Shown here piece by piece: positions 19,764-29,534 of a stretch of DNA of 64,000 nucleotides. Positions within the stretch are counted from its first letter, which is position 1. The number at the start of each line of letters is the position of its first letter. The stretch is from IMG/VR virus record IMGVR_UViG_3300017735_002163, positions 19,377-83,376 of that record; one strand, 5' to 3'. The DNA comes from a virus. The translations under genes were made by a program, and so were the position numbers. The notes below the pieces were generated by a model. It ran no database searches. It was not told where the DNA came from and saw only the letters and a list, made by a program, of their open reading frames with translations.

Positions 19764-20719
19764 TACTTTTGCCTGTTATGTCTTGTATCGTCCTTGAATG
19801 GCAAGTTATTTTCTACAATGTTTTTCCAATCAGCAATAGTCTGATCGAGGCCATCACTAAGGGCAACTTTGGGTTTCCACCCTGTCATCTTGGTTAACTT
19901 ATCATTTGAACTGTTTAACAGATATATTTCGCCTGGACGATCTGGCTTTGTGTGCCAAAACACTTCGCCTGTCCAACCAATCTTATCTGCAATTGTTTGT
20001 ACATAATCTCTGATGCGTACTGCATTGTTAGGACCAAGACAGAAGATTTCGTTAATGCATTTTTCTGGGTTTGCAATTACTGTTTCCCATGCATCAAGTA
20101 AATCATCAATGTAAATAAAGTTTCTGTAAGGTTCGCCGTATCCTAAATTAATCTCATTTGGATTTTTCAACATTTGATAAATGATTTGCTCTGTTACAAA
20201 GAAGTTATTGTCCTTTCTACCATATGCATTTGTTTGCCTAATTATAGTATAAGGCATTTCATAACAACGTCCTGCATACTCGAGATATTTTTCACATCCG
20301 TATTTTGCAACGGCATATGGTGCATTTGGATTTGGTTGTGTTTGTTCATCATACGCAGGAATTGTTCCATCGAAGCCCTGCTTGATAACATCACTGATAG
20401 GTTGCCAACCGTATACTTCCATTGTACTTGCAAACACAAAGTTTTTAAAATCTGGTAAGTCTCTGCAACTCTCAATTAAGTTTACTGTGCCAACATAGTT
20501 AATTTCACTAAAAGTAGTTTGTTCGTAAAAACTTTGCTCTACTTCTGTTCTTGCGGCAAGATGGACAACTATTTCAGGATTTGCTTCCTTTACTTGTCTC
20601 TTAACCTCATCGTGATCTCTGAGATCTGCACGAAGAAAAGTTAGTTCATGATTTGGTGATAGTCTTTCGACCATGTGTTGTCCAATGAAGCCATCGGAGC
20701 CTGTAATAAAGATTCTCAT
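19763..20719 (-). CDS. NAD-dependent nucleotide-sugar epimerase/dehydratase
   Basis: TGSDGFIG, HLAA, STMEVYG, YAVAK (YxxxK). Confidence 0.92.
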   Translation of the reverse strand: MRIFITGSDGFIGQHMVERLSPNHELTFLRADLRDHDEVKRQVKEANPEIVVHLAARTEVEQSFYEQTTFSEINYVGTVNLIESCRDLPDFKNFVFASTMEVYGWQPISDVIKQGFDGTIPAYDEQTQPNPNAPYAVAKYGCEKYLEYAGRCYEMPYTIIRQTNAYGRKDNNFFVTEQIIYQMLKNPNEINLGYGEPYRNFIYIDDLLDAWETVIANPEKCINEIFCLGPNNAVRIRDYVQTIADKIGWTGEVFWHTKPDRPGEIYLLNSSNDKLTKMTGWKPKVALSDGLDQTIADWKNIVENNLPFKDDTRHNRQK

Positions 20720-21258
20720 ATTTTTAACCTATAATCTATTAGTCCTGTTATTTGCATTGTATACCTTGGTATATAACCTAAGTTTGCAACCGTGTGTATT
20801 ACGCCAGGGAAAATAAAAGTATAATCCCCTTTGTTATAGTTATCAAAAGACTCGTCATCTATATTTAACCAATGTCCGAGTTGATGATCTTGCAAGAATA
20901 TATTTATTCTAACAAGTTCTAAATTTTCTAAAGTATCTTGATTATCTTTCAAGTATTGCTTTAGTCTATACATCGAATCCACATGTGGTGGAATAAATGT
21001 TCCTGTTGTTAATTTGTTTAAAGTAATTTGTTTGTGTTGTACCCAATCAAACTTATTACAAACATCCATAGCCCACTGTGGGCAGTCTTCTCCAAAGCAC
21101 TGATATAAATGTGCAGAACCTATTGGATATGTTGGTTCAGGTACATCTAAAGTTTTCCATAAACCGTTTGCTTCATCGGTGTCTGTGCTTTCAGGGAAAA
21201 CAGTATTGTTAAGCATTTCGTCGGTGACAAAATCAATATTAACATTACCTTTAATCAC
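20716..21258 (-). CDS. 2OG-Fe(II) oxygenase-like protein
   Basis: PPHVD (HxD), distal H in HTVAN, RYTMQIT. Confidence 0.75.
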   Translation of the reverse strand: MIKGNVNIDFVTDEMLNNTVFPESTDTDEANGLWKTLDVPEPTYPIGSAHLYQCFGEDCPQWAMDVCNKFDWVQHKQITLNKLTTGTFIPPHVDSMYRLKQYLKDNQDTLENLELVRINIFLQDHQLGHWLNIDDESFDNYNKGDYTFIFPGVIHTVANLGYIPRYTMQITGLIDYRLKI

Positions 21259-22303
21259 AATAACTCTCTAAGCCTCCTCTTCTTCGAAGGTCGAGTGTAG
21301 CACAATGTATGCCTCCACTTAAAGTCATTGCATGTCTAAATTGAACTGGAACACAATCAATATTATGTTTTTCAAGTTCTCTCATTAATGGCTCTTGCCC
21401 TGAATCACATATAACTGTGTTAGGATCAACACTCAATATGTTCATGCCAATATATGGTGAACAAGGATCTGGATAACCTTTAATTGCATTACCTCTGGTA
21501 ACACAATCATCAAAGTATATCTTATCCCATGACTTAAACATTTCAGGACAGTTGTCAGGTGTTACCCTTGCACTGTTTAATAAAACCAAGCCTGGTCTTA
21601 GTGGTATAATAGTGCTGTCAAAATGTGCAAAACTATATAGTTCACTGTAATGTAATTTATATCCCATTGGTTCAAGAAAACGTTTTAACCACTTATAGCC
21701 TTTCATGTTACCTGAATTACTTACTTGGTATAATAAATCTTTGCCTACTCTAACTATGTTAGGTGCATCAAATATGATTTCGTGATCTAATAATGTAGGT
21801 TTGCCAATTATATCTTCAAATTGATACAAGTCATCATGTAACTTAGGTCTCGGTGCTTGTAACCACATGGCACCATCTTCGAATGCTTCATACATGATGT
21901 CTTCGTATAACCTGTTTTCAAAATATCTTGCTCGAACAGGACTTGGTGTTTCAATCAACATGTCACCTAACGGCAATATGCAATCACGTGGACACCAACT
22001 ATACCAGCCTTTGCTTTTCCAACCTTGGCCTATGTCGTATTCTACGTTTTCCCAGTCGATAATTTTAGGTCTATGCACTTTAACACCCATTTTTGTGAGT
22101 GTGTTTGCAAGACCATCTGCGTCTTCATTGGCTTCGTCTATTACCCATTGTGGGTAAGGACCTGCCGGAGGTAATTCTTCGGGAGTTAATGTTGCATATC
22201 CAAAACTATTAGCACTTCTGTCTGTTGCTATTCTGCTGTGATGGGCATGTCCAACAATAATTTCTTCTAACGGGTCCCAGTCATTGTGTGTGTTAACTAT
22301 CAT
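21251..22303 (-). CDS. amidinotransferase (StrB1/AGAT family)
   Basis: NDWDPLEEIIVG, CPRD, FDAPN, HFDST, GGIHCATLD with catalytic Cys. Confidence 0.92.
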   Translation of the reverse strand: MIVNTHNDWDPLEEIIVGHAHHSRIATDRSANSFGYATLTPEELPPAGPYPQWVIDEANEDADGLANTLTKMGVKVHRPKIIDWENVEYDIGQGWKSKGWYSWCPRDCILPLGDMLIETPSPVRARYFENRLYEDIMYEAFEDGAMWLQAPRPKLHDDLYQFEDIIGKPTLLDHEIIFDAPNIVRVGKDLLYQVSNSGNMKGYKWLKRFLEPMGYKLHYSELYSFAHFDSTIIPLRPGLVLLNSARVTPDNCPEMFKSWDKIYFDDCVTRGNAIKGYPDPCSPYIGMNILSVDPNTVICDSGQEPLMRELEKHNIDCVPVQFRHAMTLSGGIHCATLDLRRRGGLESYCD

Positions 22304-22315
22304 GCTACTATTTAT

Positions 22316-23191
22316 TTAACAATCGCTCATAAAGTCTGAAATACAGACTCTAAAATTACCAGGAACGCCTCTGGAATACATGTAATGTCTTTCTTCGTCA
22401 CCTAAACCAAATAACAGGGTATCGGTGTATACTAAATTTTCTGCTTCACACACTCTTTCATATTCTTTGCCGTGTTTATTCCAATTCCAATCAGGATCAA
22501 AGTGTTTCATAAAGTGTACACCTAAGTTCATGCTTGTTTTATTTTGGTAACCAACATCGTTGATCATTGTAACACCGTCATCAGTTGGTTTTCTTGAGAA
22601 TCGAATACCAACTCTGTGTGTTTCAAGAGGGAAAAAAGGCTTGCTAAGACTGAATACAACTTCTTCTATGCATGGATATTTGTCTAAGTCTATGTGTATG
22701 TTCTTACATATACCCCAATATGCTAAGTCTAAGCACACAGGTATATCTAATGTACAACATATACGCATCATGCGTTCAAATTCAGGGTGCATACAACCAA
22801 AGTCACTAAATGGTGCTGATATAATTAATGCATTCAGTCCTCTACCGACAAATCTGTCAGAGTTTACATCATCTATGTAAGCAAAATCTACATGTTTACC
22901 TTGGCATGCATGATATTGGAAGTCGCCAAGTAATGCATTTATTTGTCTTGTTTTACAATGGCGCAAAATAAAATTATCAAAGGCCTGACTTGTGCCTTGT
23001 GTATAATGTGCTGTGGGAAAGTTATCAAGACCTTCTATAGATTTCATGTCAGTGTAATTAATCCACTCTCTCCATGTGTCTTCATATTCAGACATTGTTA
23101 CTTCTGCAGGGGTAGTGTTCTCATAAAAATCTAAAAGTTCTTTACTGCGTACCGGCCTTGCGCCTTTTTGGTATAACTTGTGTTGCATCAT
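22316..23191 (-). CDS. PLP-dependent fold-type I enzyme (aminotransferase-like)
   Basis: DLAY and FSLSK(PLP Lys)..RVG motifs. Confidence 0.7.
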   Translation of the reverse strand: MMQHKLYQKGARPVRSKELLDFYENTTPAEVTMSEYEDTWREWINYTDMKSIEGLDNFPTAHYTQGTSQAFDNFILRHCKTRQINALLGDFQYHACQGKHVDFAYIDDVNSDRFVGRGLNALIISAPFSDFGCMHPEFERMMRICCTLDIPVCLDLAYWGICKNIHIDLDKYPCIEEVVFSLSKPFFPLETHRVGIRFSRKPTDDGVTMINDVGYQNKTSMNLGVHFMKHFDPDWNWNKHGKEYERVCEAENLVYTDTLLFGLGDEERHYMYSRGVPGNFRVCISDFMSDC

Positions 23192-23245
23192 ACCAATATT
23201 TATCAGTACTATTTTTGCATGGCGAAAGTTCTGATAAATAGTGTT

Positions 23246-24304
23246 ATGCCTAAATTAAGTTTATGGAATCCGGTTAAAACACATGACTTCAACTTTATCG
23301 ATAGAATAGTTGGAGAGCATATCTATGCCGGAGGAACAGGTGTCCACATACACAAATATATGGGGATTACCGATAGCGATACAACAAATGACCCGACCAG
23401 ACCAGGTGGAGTAAACACCAATGAATTGTTTATACAAGATTTGTTATTTTTGGAAAACAGAGATAGAAAATACAGTAAAGACATTTTTGAACTGCGTGGG
23501 CAATATAACTTAGGCGATAATGATGCATTTGATCTAACACAGTTTGGTGCCTTTCTTGCAAACGATACACTGTTTATGAATTTTCATACAGAAAGTATGG
23601 TAGATGCAATAGGAAGAAAACTAATGCCGGGTGATGTTTTAGAATTACCACATTTACGTGATGATTTATTACTGGGCAGTGACGAAGCAATAAATAGATT
23701 TTATGTAGTGCAAGAAGGTTCAAGACCTGCAGAAGGATATGATCCACGTTGGTGGTCACACTTGTGGAGAGTAAAACTTGGTCCTATAACAGACAGTCAA
23801 GAATACAGAGATATACTTGGCACTGGCGAAGAAGAAGGCGACTTGCGTAACTTAATGAGTAAGTATGCAGATGAAATTATCATCAATGATGCAATACTTA
23901 CCCAAGCAGAAAGCGATGTGCCAAGCGATCCGCAGGTTAGAGATACTTCTCATTTATATTATGATGAAGCATCAGGTAAACCTCGTATCGATTTACAATT
24001 TGGGGCGGACGGTAATACTCCACCCAATGGAGCCACTCTGGTAGGCAGTGGCGAAACATTCCCAGTTACAAATATTGCTAACGGTTCATACTTTTTACGT
24101 ACAGACTTTACACCTAACAGGTTGTTTAGAAAAGACGGAACAAGATGGATTAAAATTAGTGACGATAATCAACGCTCGTGGGCGGCGGCAAATAGAGCAT
24201 TAACATCATTTATAAATAACGATTCAAGTTTTGTTGAAGATGGCGAAATAAGAAACGAAAAAACAAATTTAAGTAAGGTTATTAAACCACGAACAGACGA
24301 TTAG
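23246..24304 (+). CDS. gp14: neck protein gp14-like (start revised to MPKLSLW)
   Basis: IQDLLFLENRDRKY, DLTQFG, GDVLELPH; ATG 5 nt after GATAAATA; upstream of gp15. Confidence 0.7.
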   Translation: MPKLSLWNPVKTHDFNFIDRIVGEHIYAGGTGVHIHKYMGITDSDTTNDPTRPGGVNTNELFIQDLLFLENRDRKYSKDIFELRGQYNLGDNDAFDLTQFGAFLANDTLFMNFHTESMVDAIGRKLMPGDVLELPHLRDDLLLGSDEAINRFYVVQEGSRPAEGYDPRWWSHLWRVKLGPITDSQEYRDILGTGEEEGDLRNLMSKYADEIIINDAILTQAESDVPSDPQVRDTSHLYYDEASGKPRIDLQFGADGNTPPNGATLVGSGETFPVTNIANGSYFLRTDFTPNRLFRKDGTRWIKISDDNQRSWAAANRALTSFINNDSSFVEDGEIRNEKTNLSKVIKPRTDD

Positions 24305-24312
24305 GAGAAAAA

Positions 24313-24783
24313 ATGTTTTTTGGAAAAGATACAAAATTAGATAGGGAGGCTGTTTTCGAACAGTTAAAAATAGACGAAGGAGTAGTAAATGAAATTTACC
24401 ACGATCATCTCGGATATCCGACTTTTGGTGTGGGTCACTTGGTATTGGAGTCAGATCCTGAGCACGGAGCAGAAATTGGCACTCCGGTTTCAGAAGAAAG
24501 AGTACGAGAGTGCTTTGAAAAAGACCTCGACACCGCAATTAGCGAGTGTGAATTGCTATACGAAGCAGGGGTATTTGGAGATTTACCAGACGAAGTCCAG
24601 CAGATCCTGGTCAATATGATGTTTAATATGGGCAGGACAAGACTAAGTAAGTTTAAGAAAATGCATGCCGGAATACTTGAAGGGGATTGGAAGGAAGCGG
24701 CCAAGGAAGGCAGAGATTCAAGATGGCATAAACAAGTTACTAATCGTGCTGAAAGATTAATGGAAAGATTAGAGAACGTATAA
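24313..24783 (+). CDS. T4-type lysozyme (GH24)
   Basis: LKIDEG....Y.DHLGYPTFGVGHL catalytic E/D/T; MMFNMG, SRW..Q..RA. Confidence 0.93.
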   Translation: MFFGKDTKLDREAVFEQLKIDEGVVNEIYHDHLGYPTFGVGHLVLESDPEHGAEIGTPVSEERVRECFEKDLDTAISECELLYEAGVFGDLPDEVQQILVNMMFNMGRTRLSKFKKMHAGILEGDWKEAAKEGRDSRWHKQVTNRAERLMERLENV

Positions 24784-24966
24784 ATGAGGAGAGGGTCAAA
24801 AGTTCGTGACCCAATCGAATATATCAACGTAAGAATTGATATGCTTGTTAAAGAACGAACTAAAAACGATAACGAAACTGCACACATGGTAATAGATAAA
24901 TGTGTAGGTGAGTTAAGTTATGTGTTAGAACTGTTAGAGAGAAATAAATGTCAGACATCAGAGTAA
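24784..24966 (+). CDS. hypothetical protein, 60 aa
   Basis: ATG directly after the lysozyme stop. Confidence 0.5.
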   Translation: MRRGSKVRDPIEYINVRIDMLVKERTKNDNETAHMVIDKCVGELSYVLELLERNKCQTSE

Positions 24967-25070
24967 AAGAACCTCAATTTCCAGAAGAGGGCGAGTATAC
25001 TTTAGATACGTCTGGCAATCTTGTACAGTATGTTAACGGACAATGGATAAAAGCAGACAATGGCAGGTAA
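24948..25070 (+). CDS. small hypothetical protein, 40 aa (MSDIRVKEPQFPEEGEYTLDTSGNLVQYVNGQWIKADNGR)
   Basis: Translated by hand; bridges the gap to gp15 with overlaps at both ends. Confidence 0.5.
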   Translation: MSDIRVKEPQFPEEGEYTLDTSGNLVQYVNGQWIKADNGR

Positions 25071-26403
25071 AAATTTAGATTACTGGTACGATGAACAGAT
25101 AAAACGTTATCTAATTCAACTTGTCAGAGTATTCTCAAACTTTCAAGTAAAAGAAAATACCGAAAATGGTGTTCACTACAATAGAGTTCCTGCACGTTAT
25201 GGTGACATGAGTAGAATGGTTGCACAAATATTGCGTAACAATTCTGAGAATGCAATTAATAATGCACCTCAAATTACTATAGGAATACAAAGCATACAGC
25301 CAGCAAGAGATAGAACTGCTGAACCGTATCATGTAGACACCACGCAAGTTGCTGAACGTGACTGGAACAAAGAAGACAAACGTTATACAAGTGATCAAGG
25401 TAACTTGTACACTACACAACGTTATATGCCAGTACCGTATAACTTAAATATACAAGTTGATATATGGACCACTAACACTGATACAAAATTACAAATTTTA
25501 GAACAAGTATTTGTATTATTTAACCCAAGTATACAACTGCAATCAAATGATAATCCTCTTGACTGGACCAGTGTGTTTGAAGTTGAGATGACTGACATAC
25601 AGTGGAGCAGTAGAGGTATACCTGCAGGCGTAGATGAGCAATTAGACATAGCAACATTAACATTTGCTGTGCCAATTTGGATATCACCACCTGCAAAAGT
25701 ACAAAGACAAAAAATTATACAACGAATAGTAAATGATATTTACAAAACAACAGACATATCAAACTTAGGGTACAGCGAAGACTATCATGACTTCTTTAGT
25801 CAAGTACCAGATGATGCTGTTGTGGTTGTTGCCCCTGGGGATTACCAAATTCAAATAGCATCTGGTAGTGCAACATTGATAAACTCAGCAGGTGTAGGTC
25901 AAAAATGGGCAGACATCATTGAAATGCAAGGTGAGTTATCTAATACCAGTAGGATAGAATTAAATTTAGAAGACAATATACAGGACAGAACCAAATTAGT
26001 TATAGGTAGCATTTCTAAAAATCCAATAGCAGAAGACACATTGATATTTAATTTAGATGCAGACACGTTGCCCACTGACACTATTGCTAATGTAGATAAA
26101 ATTATAGACCCAAGAGCAAGTAGACCCGGTGATGTACTGTTAGGTTCAGCACTTGGGCAAAGATATTTACTGTCAGAAGATGTCAGTATCGATTATGTTG
26201 AATGGGGCATAGAAGCAAAAGCAAACGACATAGTAGAATACGACGGTGCAAAATGGATTGTTGCATTTGACAGTTCAGCAGTTGACAGCGAAGCATTTGT
26301 TACTAATGCATACACAAATGCACAATTCAAATGGACTGGTACACAATGGATTAGCAGTTGGCAAGGAACATATAATCCAGGGTACTGGAGGTTGATACTT
26401 TGA
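25060..26403 (+). CDS. gp15: tail completion / sheath stabiliser gp15-like with C-terminal extension
   Basis: YWYDEQIKRY, VPARYG, MPVPY, QILEQ..FNP motifs. Confidence 0.85.
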   Translation: MAGKNLDYWYDEQIKRYLIQLVRVFSNFQVKENTENGVHYNRVPARYGDMSRMVAQILRNNSENAINNAPQITIGIQSIQPARDRTAEPYHVDTTQVAERDWNKEDKRYTSDQGNLYTTQRYMPVPYNLNIQVDIWTTNTDTKLQILEQVFVLFNPSIQLQSNDNPLDWTSVFEVEMTDIQWSSRGIPAGVDEQLDIATLTFAVPIWISPPAKVQRQKIIQRIVNDIYKTTDISNLGYSEDYHDFFSQVPDDAVVVVAPGDYQIQIASGSATLINSAGVGQKWADIIEMQGELSNTSRIELNLEDNIQDRTKLVIGSISKNPIAEDTLIFNLDADTLPTDTIANVDKIIDPRASRPGDVLLGSALGQRYLLSEDVSIDYVEWGIEAKANDIVEYDGAKWIVAFDSSAVDSEAFVTNAYTNAQFKWTGTQWISSWQGTYNPGYWRLIL

Positions 26404-26822
26404 CAGTAGCCGCCGGTGTTGTTTTTCTTGCTAAAGATACGGGAAGATGTATGTTGCAATTACGCGAAGGCAACAAACGTTTCAATCACACATGGGGTTT
26501 TTGGGGAGGCATGATTGAAGATAAAGAATCTCCGTACGAATGCATCCAACGAGAACTAACAGAAGAAATAGGCTTTATTCCAGAACTTAAAAAACTAAAT
26601 CCTATCGATGTTTACCAAAGCAAAGACAAGAACTTTTACTATTACAGTTTTGTTTATGTAGTAGAAGAGGAATTTTCGCCAGTATTAAATGGAGAAAGTG
26701 CCGGGTATGCTTGGGTAGATGTTGGGGTATGGCCGAGACCATTACACCAAGGCGCACATATTACACTGAACAAGAACAGAGGCACGGACAAAATACACAC
26801 TATATTGAACATTAATAGGTAA
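26400..26822 (+). CDS. NUDIX hydrolase
   Basis: GGMIEDKESPYECIQRELTEEIG Nudix box. Confidence 0.92.
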   Translation: MTVAAGVVFLAKDTGRCMLQLREGNKRFNHTWGFWGGMIEDKESPYECIQRELTEEIGFIPELKKLNPIDVYQSKDKNFYYYSFVYVVEEEFSPVLNGESAGYAWVDVGVWPRPLHQGAHITLNKNRGTDKIHTILNINR

Positions 26823-26829
26823 GAGTATT

Positions 26830-27456
26830 GTGTCTAAAATAGTTAATTTTACTTGTCTACGTATTCAAGCAGAGTTAGACAAATATAGCAGAACAAAAAC
26901 CATTCCACATGATTTATTAGATGGACTTTGGACCATTGACGATATAGAGTCCTGTTTAGAACATATGCCAAAACGTTATCAGCGTTGGGGTAAAAAATTA
27001 ATAAAAGAATATACAGAATTTTTAGACAGTAATGTTGACGAATTAAAAAAAGCATTACGCAAAGAATACACTGCTGGTATGAAAGCGGCACGAACACGTG
27101 ATAAACATTTTAGTTTCCCAAGAGTTCTTAATAGATATCGCCCAGATATAAATCCTATACGTGCATTATATTACGAAGCACGTAATTTAACAAGAGCATA
27201 CGATTCAGAAGATGAATATCATCAATGGCTTGCAGAATTAGTAACTGATAAATCATTTAATAATGCTATGCTTGATGCAATGTCACATGATATAAAACGT
27301 TTAGAACGTGTGATACAACGTTACTACTGGCCTATGTTAAAATTAGAAGAAGAACAGATACCGCTTGAATTATTTCATGCAAGACAATTGATAAAAGATG
27401 CAAGACATTATTACAACTTCTTTCTTAATTTACAAAACTGGCGACCGGACGAATAA
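26830..27456 (+). CDS. hypothetical protein, 208 aa
   Basis: ORF at the end of the plus-strand operon; no motif recognised. Confidence 0.65.
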   Translation: MSKIVNFTCLRIQAELDKYSRTKTIPHDLLDGLWTIDDIESCLEHMPKRYQRWGKKLIKEYTEFLDSNVDELKKALRKEYTAGMKAARTRDKHFSFPRVLNRYRPDINPIRALYYEARNLTRAYDSEDEYHQWLAELVTDKSFNNAMLDAMSHDIKRLERVIQRYYWPMLKLEEEQIPLELFHARQLIKDARHYYNFFLNLQNWRPDE

Positions 27457-29514
27457 TTATTTACTTGTAGCAATAAATATTCCATCCCAATCTTTTGGAA
27501 GTGTTTGAGTCTTTTGAAATTCGCAACGCTCAATCCACATATCATAATAACCTTTCATCTTGCCATCAAAATGCGTCTCTAATAATTTACACAATTTAAT
27601 TGCTCTATCAAACTCTTGGTTTCTATAATGTGTATGCATTGCATTATGCATCTCTTTAGACTTAGCATGTTTATCTGCTTTATAATCAAGCACAGTGTAT
27701 ATTTCAATGCCTATTGTTTTACCTTTAACTGCCAAGTCATCAACTTTTAAATAAAAGAATTCGTTTTTAGTTTTGTGATATGTACTACCACCGACTAATA
27801 GTAAGCACCCGTATTCCTTACACTTAGACTCAATTCGTGCGGCAGTTGATACAGCATCTCCAAGTACATCATAACTATGTCTGCTTGTAGAGCCCATCTC
27901 ACCGAGATAACCAACGCCAGTGTTAATGCCAGCCCCCATACCAATTGGAGGTCTTCCTTCTGCTGTGATCTTATCATTAAATTTCTCCACTGCTCTCAGC
28001 ATATCCAAACCTGTTTGCACTGCTGAGTGTTCATGCTTTGCATCATCGTTTGGTGCATTGTGTATATGCATACTTGCATCACCTATGTACTTGATAATCA
28101 TACCGTCTGCATCAAGTACAGGTTGTGTGATAGCATCCATATAACCATTCATTAGTTTTGTGAGTCCTTGTACATCATCTCCAAAACTTTCACCTAATGG
28201 TGTGAAGCCACGCAAGTCTGAGAAGCATATTGATATCTCTCGCTTCATGCCTTCTTTGATCAATGCAGGATTTTCTTGTAACATACGCACAACTGTGGGT
28301 GAACAATATCCTGCAAATTGCTTTTCTATTTCTTGTCTTAATTTAAACTGTATCCAGAAGTTGTTAAAACTTGCCTGTGTAAATATTAAAAATGTTGCTA
28401 TTGCAGGATATGTAGCATCAAATAAAACTAAGTTTGCTGTATAAGAATGTATAGTATAATAAGCAATAGACCCTATAATGCTTATTATACTAAACAATCC
28501 TGCCCATACAGGCAACTTGTATATTGCTAAAGCAACTAATACCATGCTCAACAACGCACACACAAGCTCTGTAAGCGACGATAATTCTGATCTGGTAATG
28601 TTACTCCCATCTATAAAATTCTGTAGCATGTGTGCTTGTATATGCTGTGGATATATGTTGCCTATCGGAGTGGGCACCGGATTGGCAACACCTTCTGCAC
28701 TCACACCCACTATGACGAACTTGCCGCCCATATTCGGTAAACTGTCTGCACCAGTGTATTCTATTTCTTCGAATGTATTATTAAAACGTATGTATGCTGT
28801 TCCATCGCCTTGTGTTACTACAGGAACAAATGGTGGTATAGCAAATTCTTGTATTCCTATCTCACTTGTTTTAATCATGTAACTGGGTTGACCAGTTTGC
28901 ACTCTTAACATTTCAATTGCAAACGAAGGATATATTTTATCCGCTACTGTGATTGCAAGTGGGTATGTTCTTGTTTGATTATCTGGTTGTGGTGCTGATG
29001 CATTAATACCAATACCAGATGCTACTGTTTCCAACTCTGCTATATTTGTTACCAGATTTTTCCAAGTCAATAAGTGTTGCTGAGCCGGGCTCGGGCCTAT
29101 TGTACCAGTCCCTATATGCGGGCCGGAACTCCTCACCCCTTTGGAACTTGGGGTCTGGGATAAAACTATTCCGTTTCCTTTTATCCATGATGCAAAGACT
29201 TCGTCTCCTCCAAAACGATCTACTTCAGGGAACATTAATGTAAAACCTACTATCCCTTGATTTTTTTGTCTTATGTCGTATATCATTTGTGCATAAGACT
29301 GCCTGGGAAATGGATACTGGCCTAAAGCATCTAAACTTTTTTCACCGAGATTAATTATAACTACTTCGTTACTTTGTTTTGTTTCGTCAAGTTGTTGGTA
29401 ATAATCAAATGTCTGCGAACGCAAACTTTGTAGTGGTGTAGGATCTGATATTCTCAAACCAAGTAATAAGCATATTGTTACTGCTACTGCCCAGCCGCTG
29501 TATAACCATTTCAT
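27457..29514 (-). CDS. CHASE2-domain class III adenylate/guanylate cyclase
   Basis: N-terminal TM, CHASE2-like region (GQYPFPR), three TMs, FSDLRGFT, KYIGD, YDVLGDAVSTAAR. Confidence 0.92.
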   Translation of the reverse strand: MKWLYSGWAVAVTICLLLGLRISDPTPLQSLRSQTFDYYQQLDETKQSNEVVIINLGEKSLDALGQYPFPRQSYAQMIYDIRQKNQGIVGFTLMFPEVDRFGGDEVFASWIKGNGIVLSQTPSSKGVRSSGPHIGTGTIGPSPAQQHLLTWKNLVTNIAELETVASGIGINASAPQPDNQTRTYPLAITVADKIYPSFAIEMLRVQTGQPSYMIKTSEIGIQEFAIPPFVPVVTQGDGTAYIRFNNTFEEIEYTGADSLPNMGGKFVIVGVSAEGVANPVPTPIGNIYPQHIQAHMLQNFIDGSNITRSELSSLTELVCALLSMVLVALAIYKLPVWAGLFSIISIIGSIAYYTIHSYTANLVLFDATYPAIATFLIFTQASFNNFWIQFKLRQEIEKQFAGYCSPTVVRMLQENPALIKEGMKREISICFSDLRGFTPLGESFGDDVQGLTKLMNGYMDAITQPVLDADGMIIKYIGDASMHIHNAPNDDAKHEHSAVQTGLDMLRAVEKFNDKITAEGRPPIGMGAGINTGVGYLGEMGSTSRHSYDVLGDAVSTAARIESKCKEYGCLLLVGGSTYHKTKNEFFYLKVDDLAVKGKTIGIEIYTVLDYKADKHAKSKEMHNAMHTHYRNQEFDRAIKLCKLLETHFDGKMKGYYDMWIERCEFQKTQTLPKDWDGIFIATSK

Positions 29515-29534
29515 AGTTATATTTATCGTAAATA

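Noticed and set aside
23180-23245. N-terminal extension of gp14 (similarly gp13, FNR and csgF) given by the ORF track
   Set aside because: The extensions run through promoter boxes or overlap neighbouring genes; downstream ATGs fit better.
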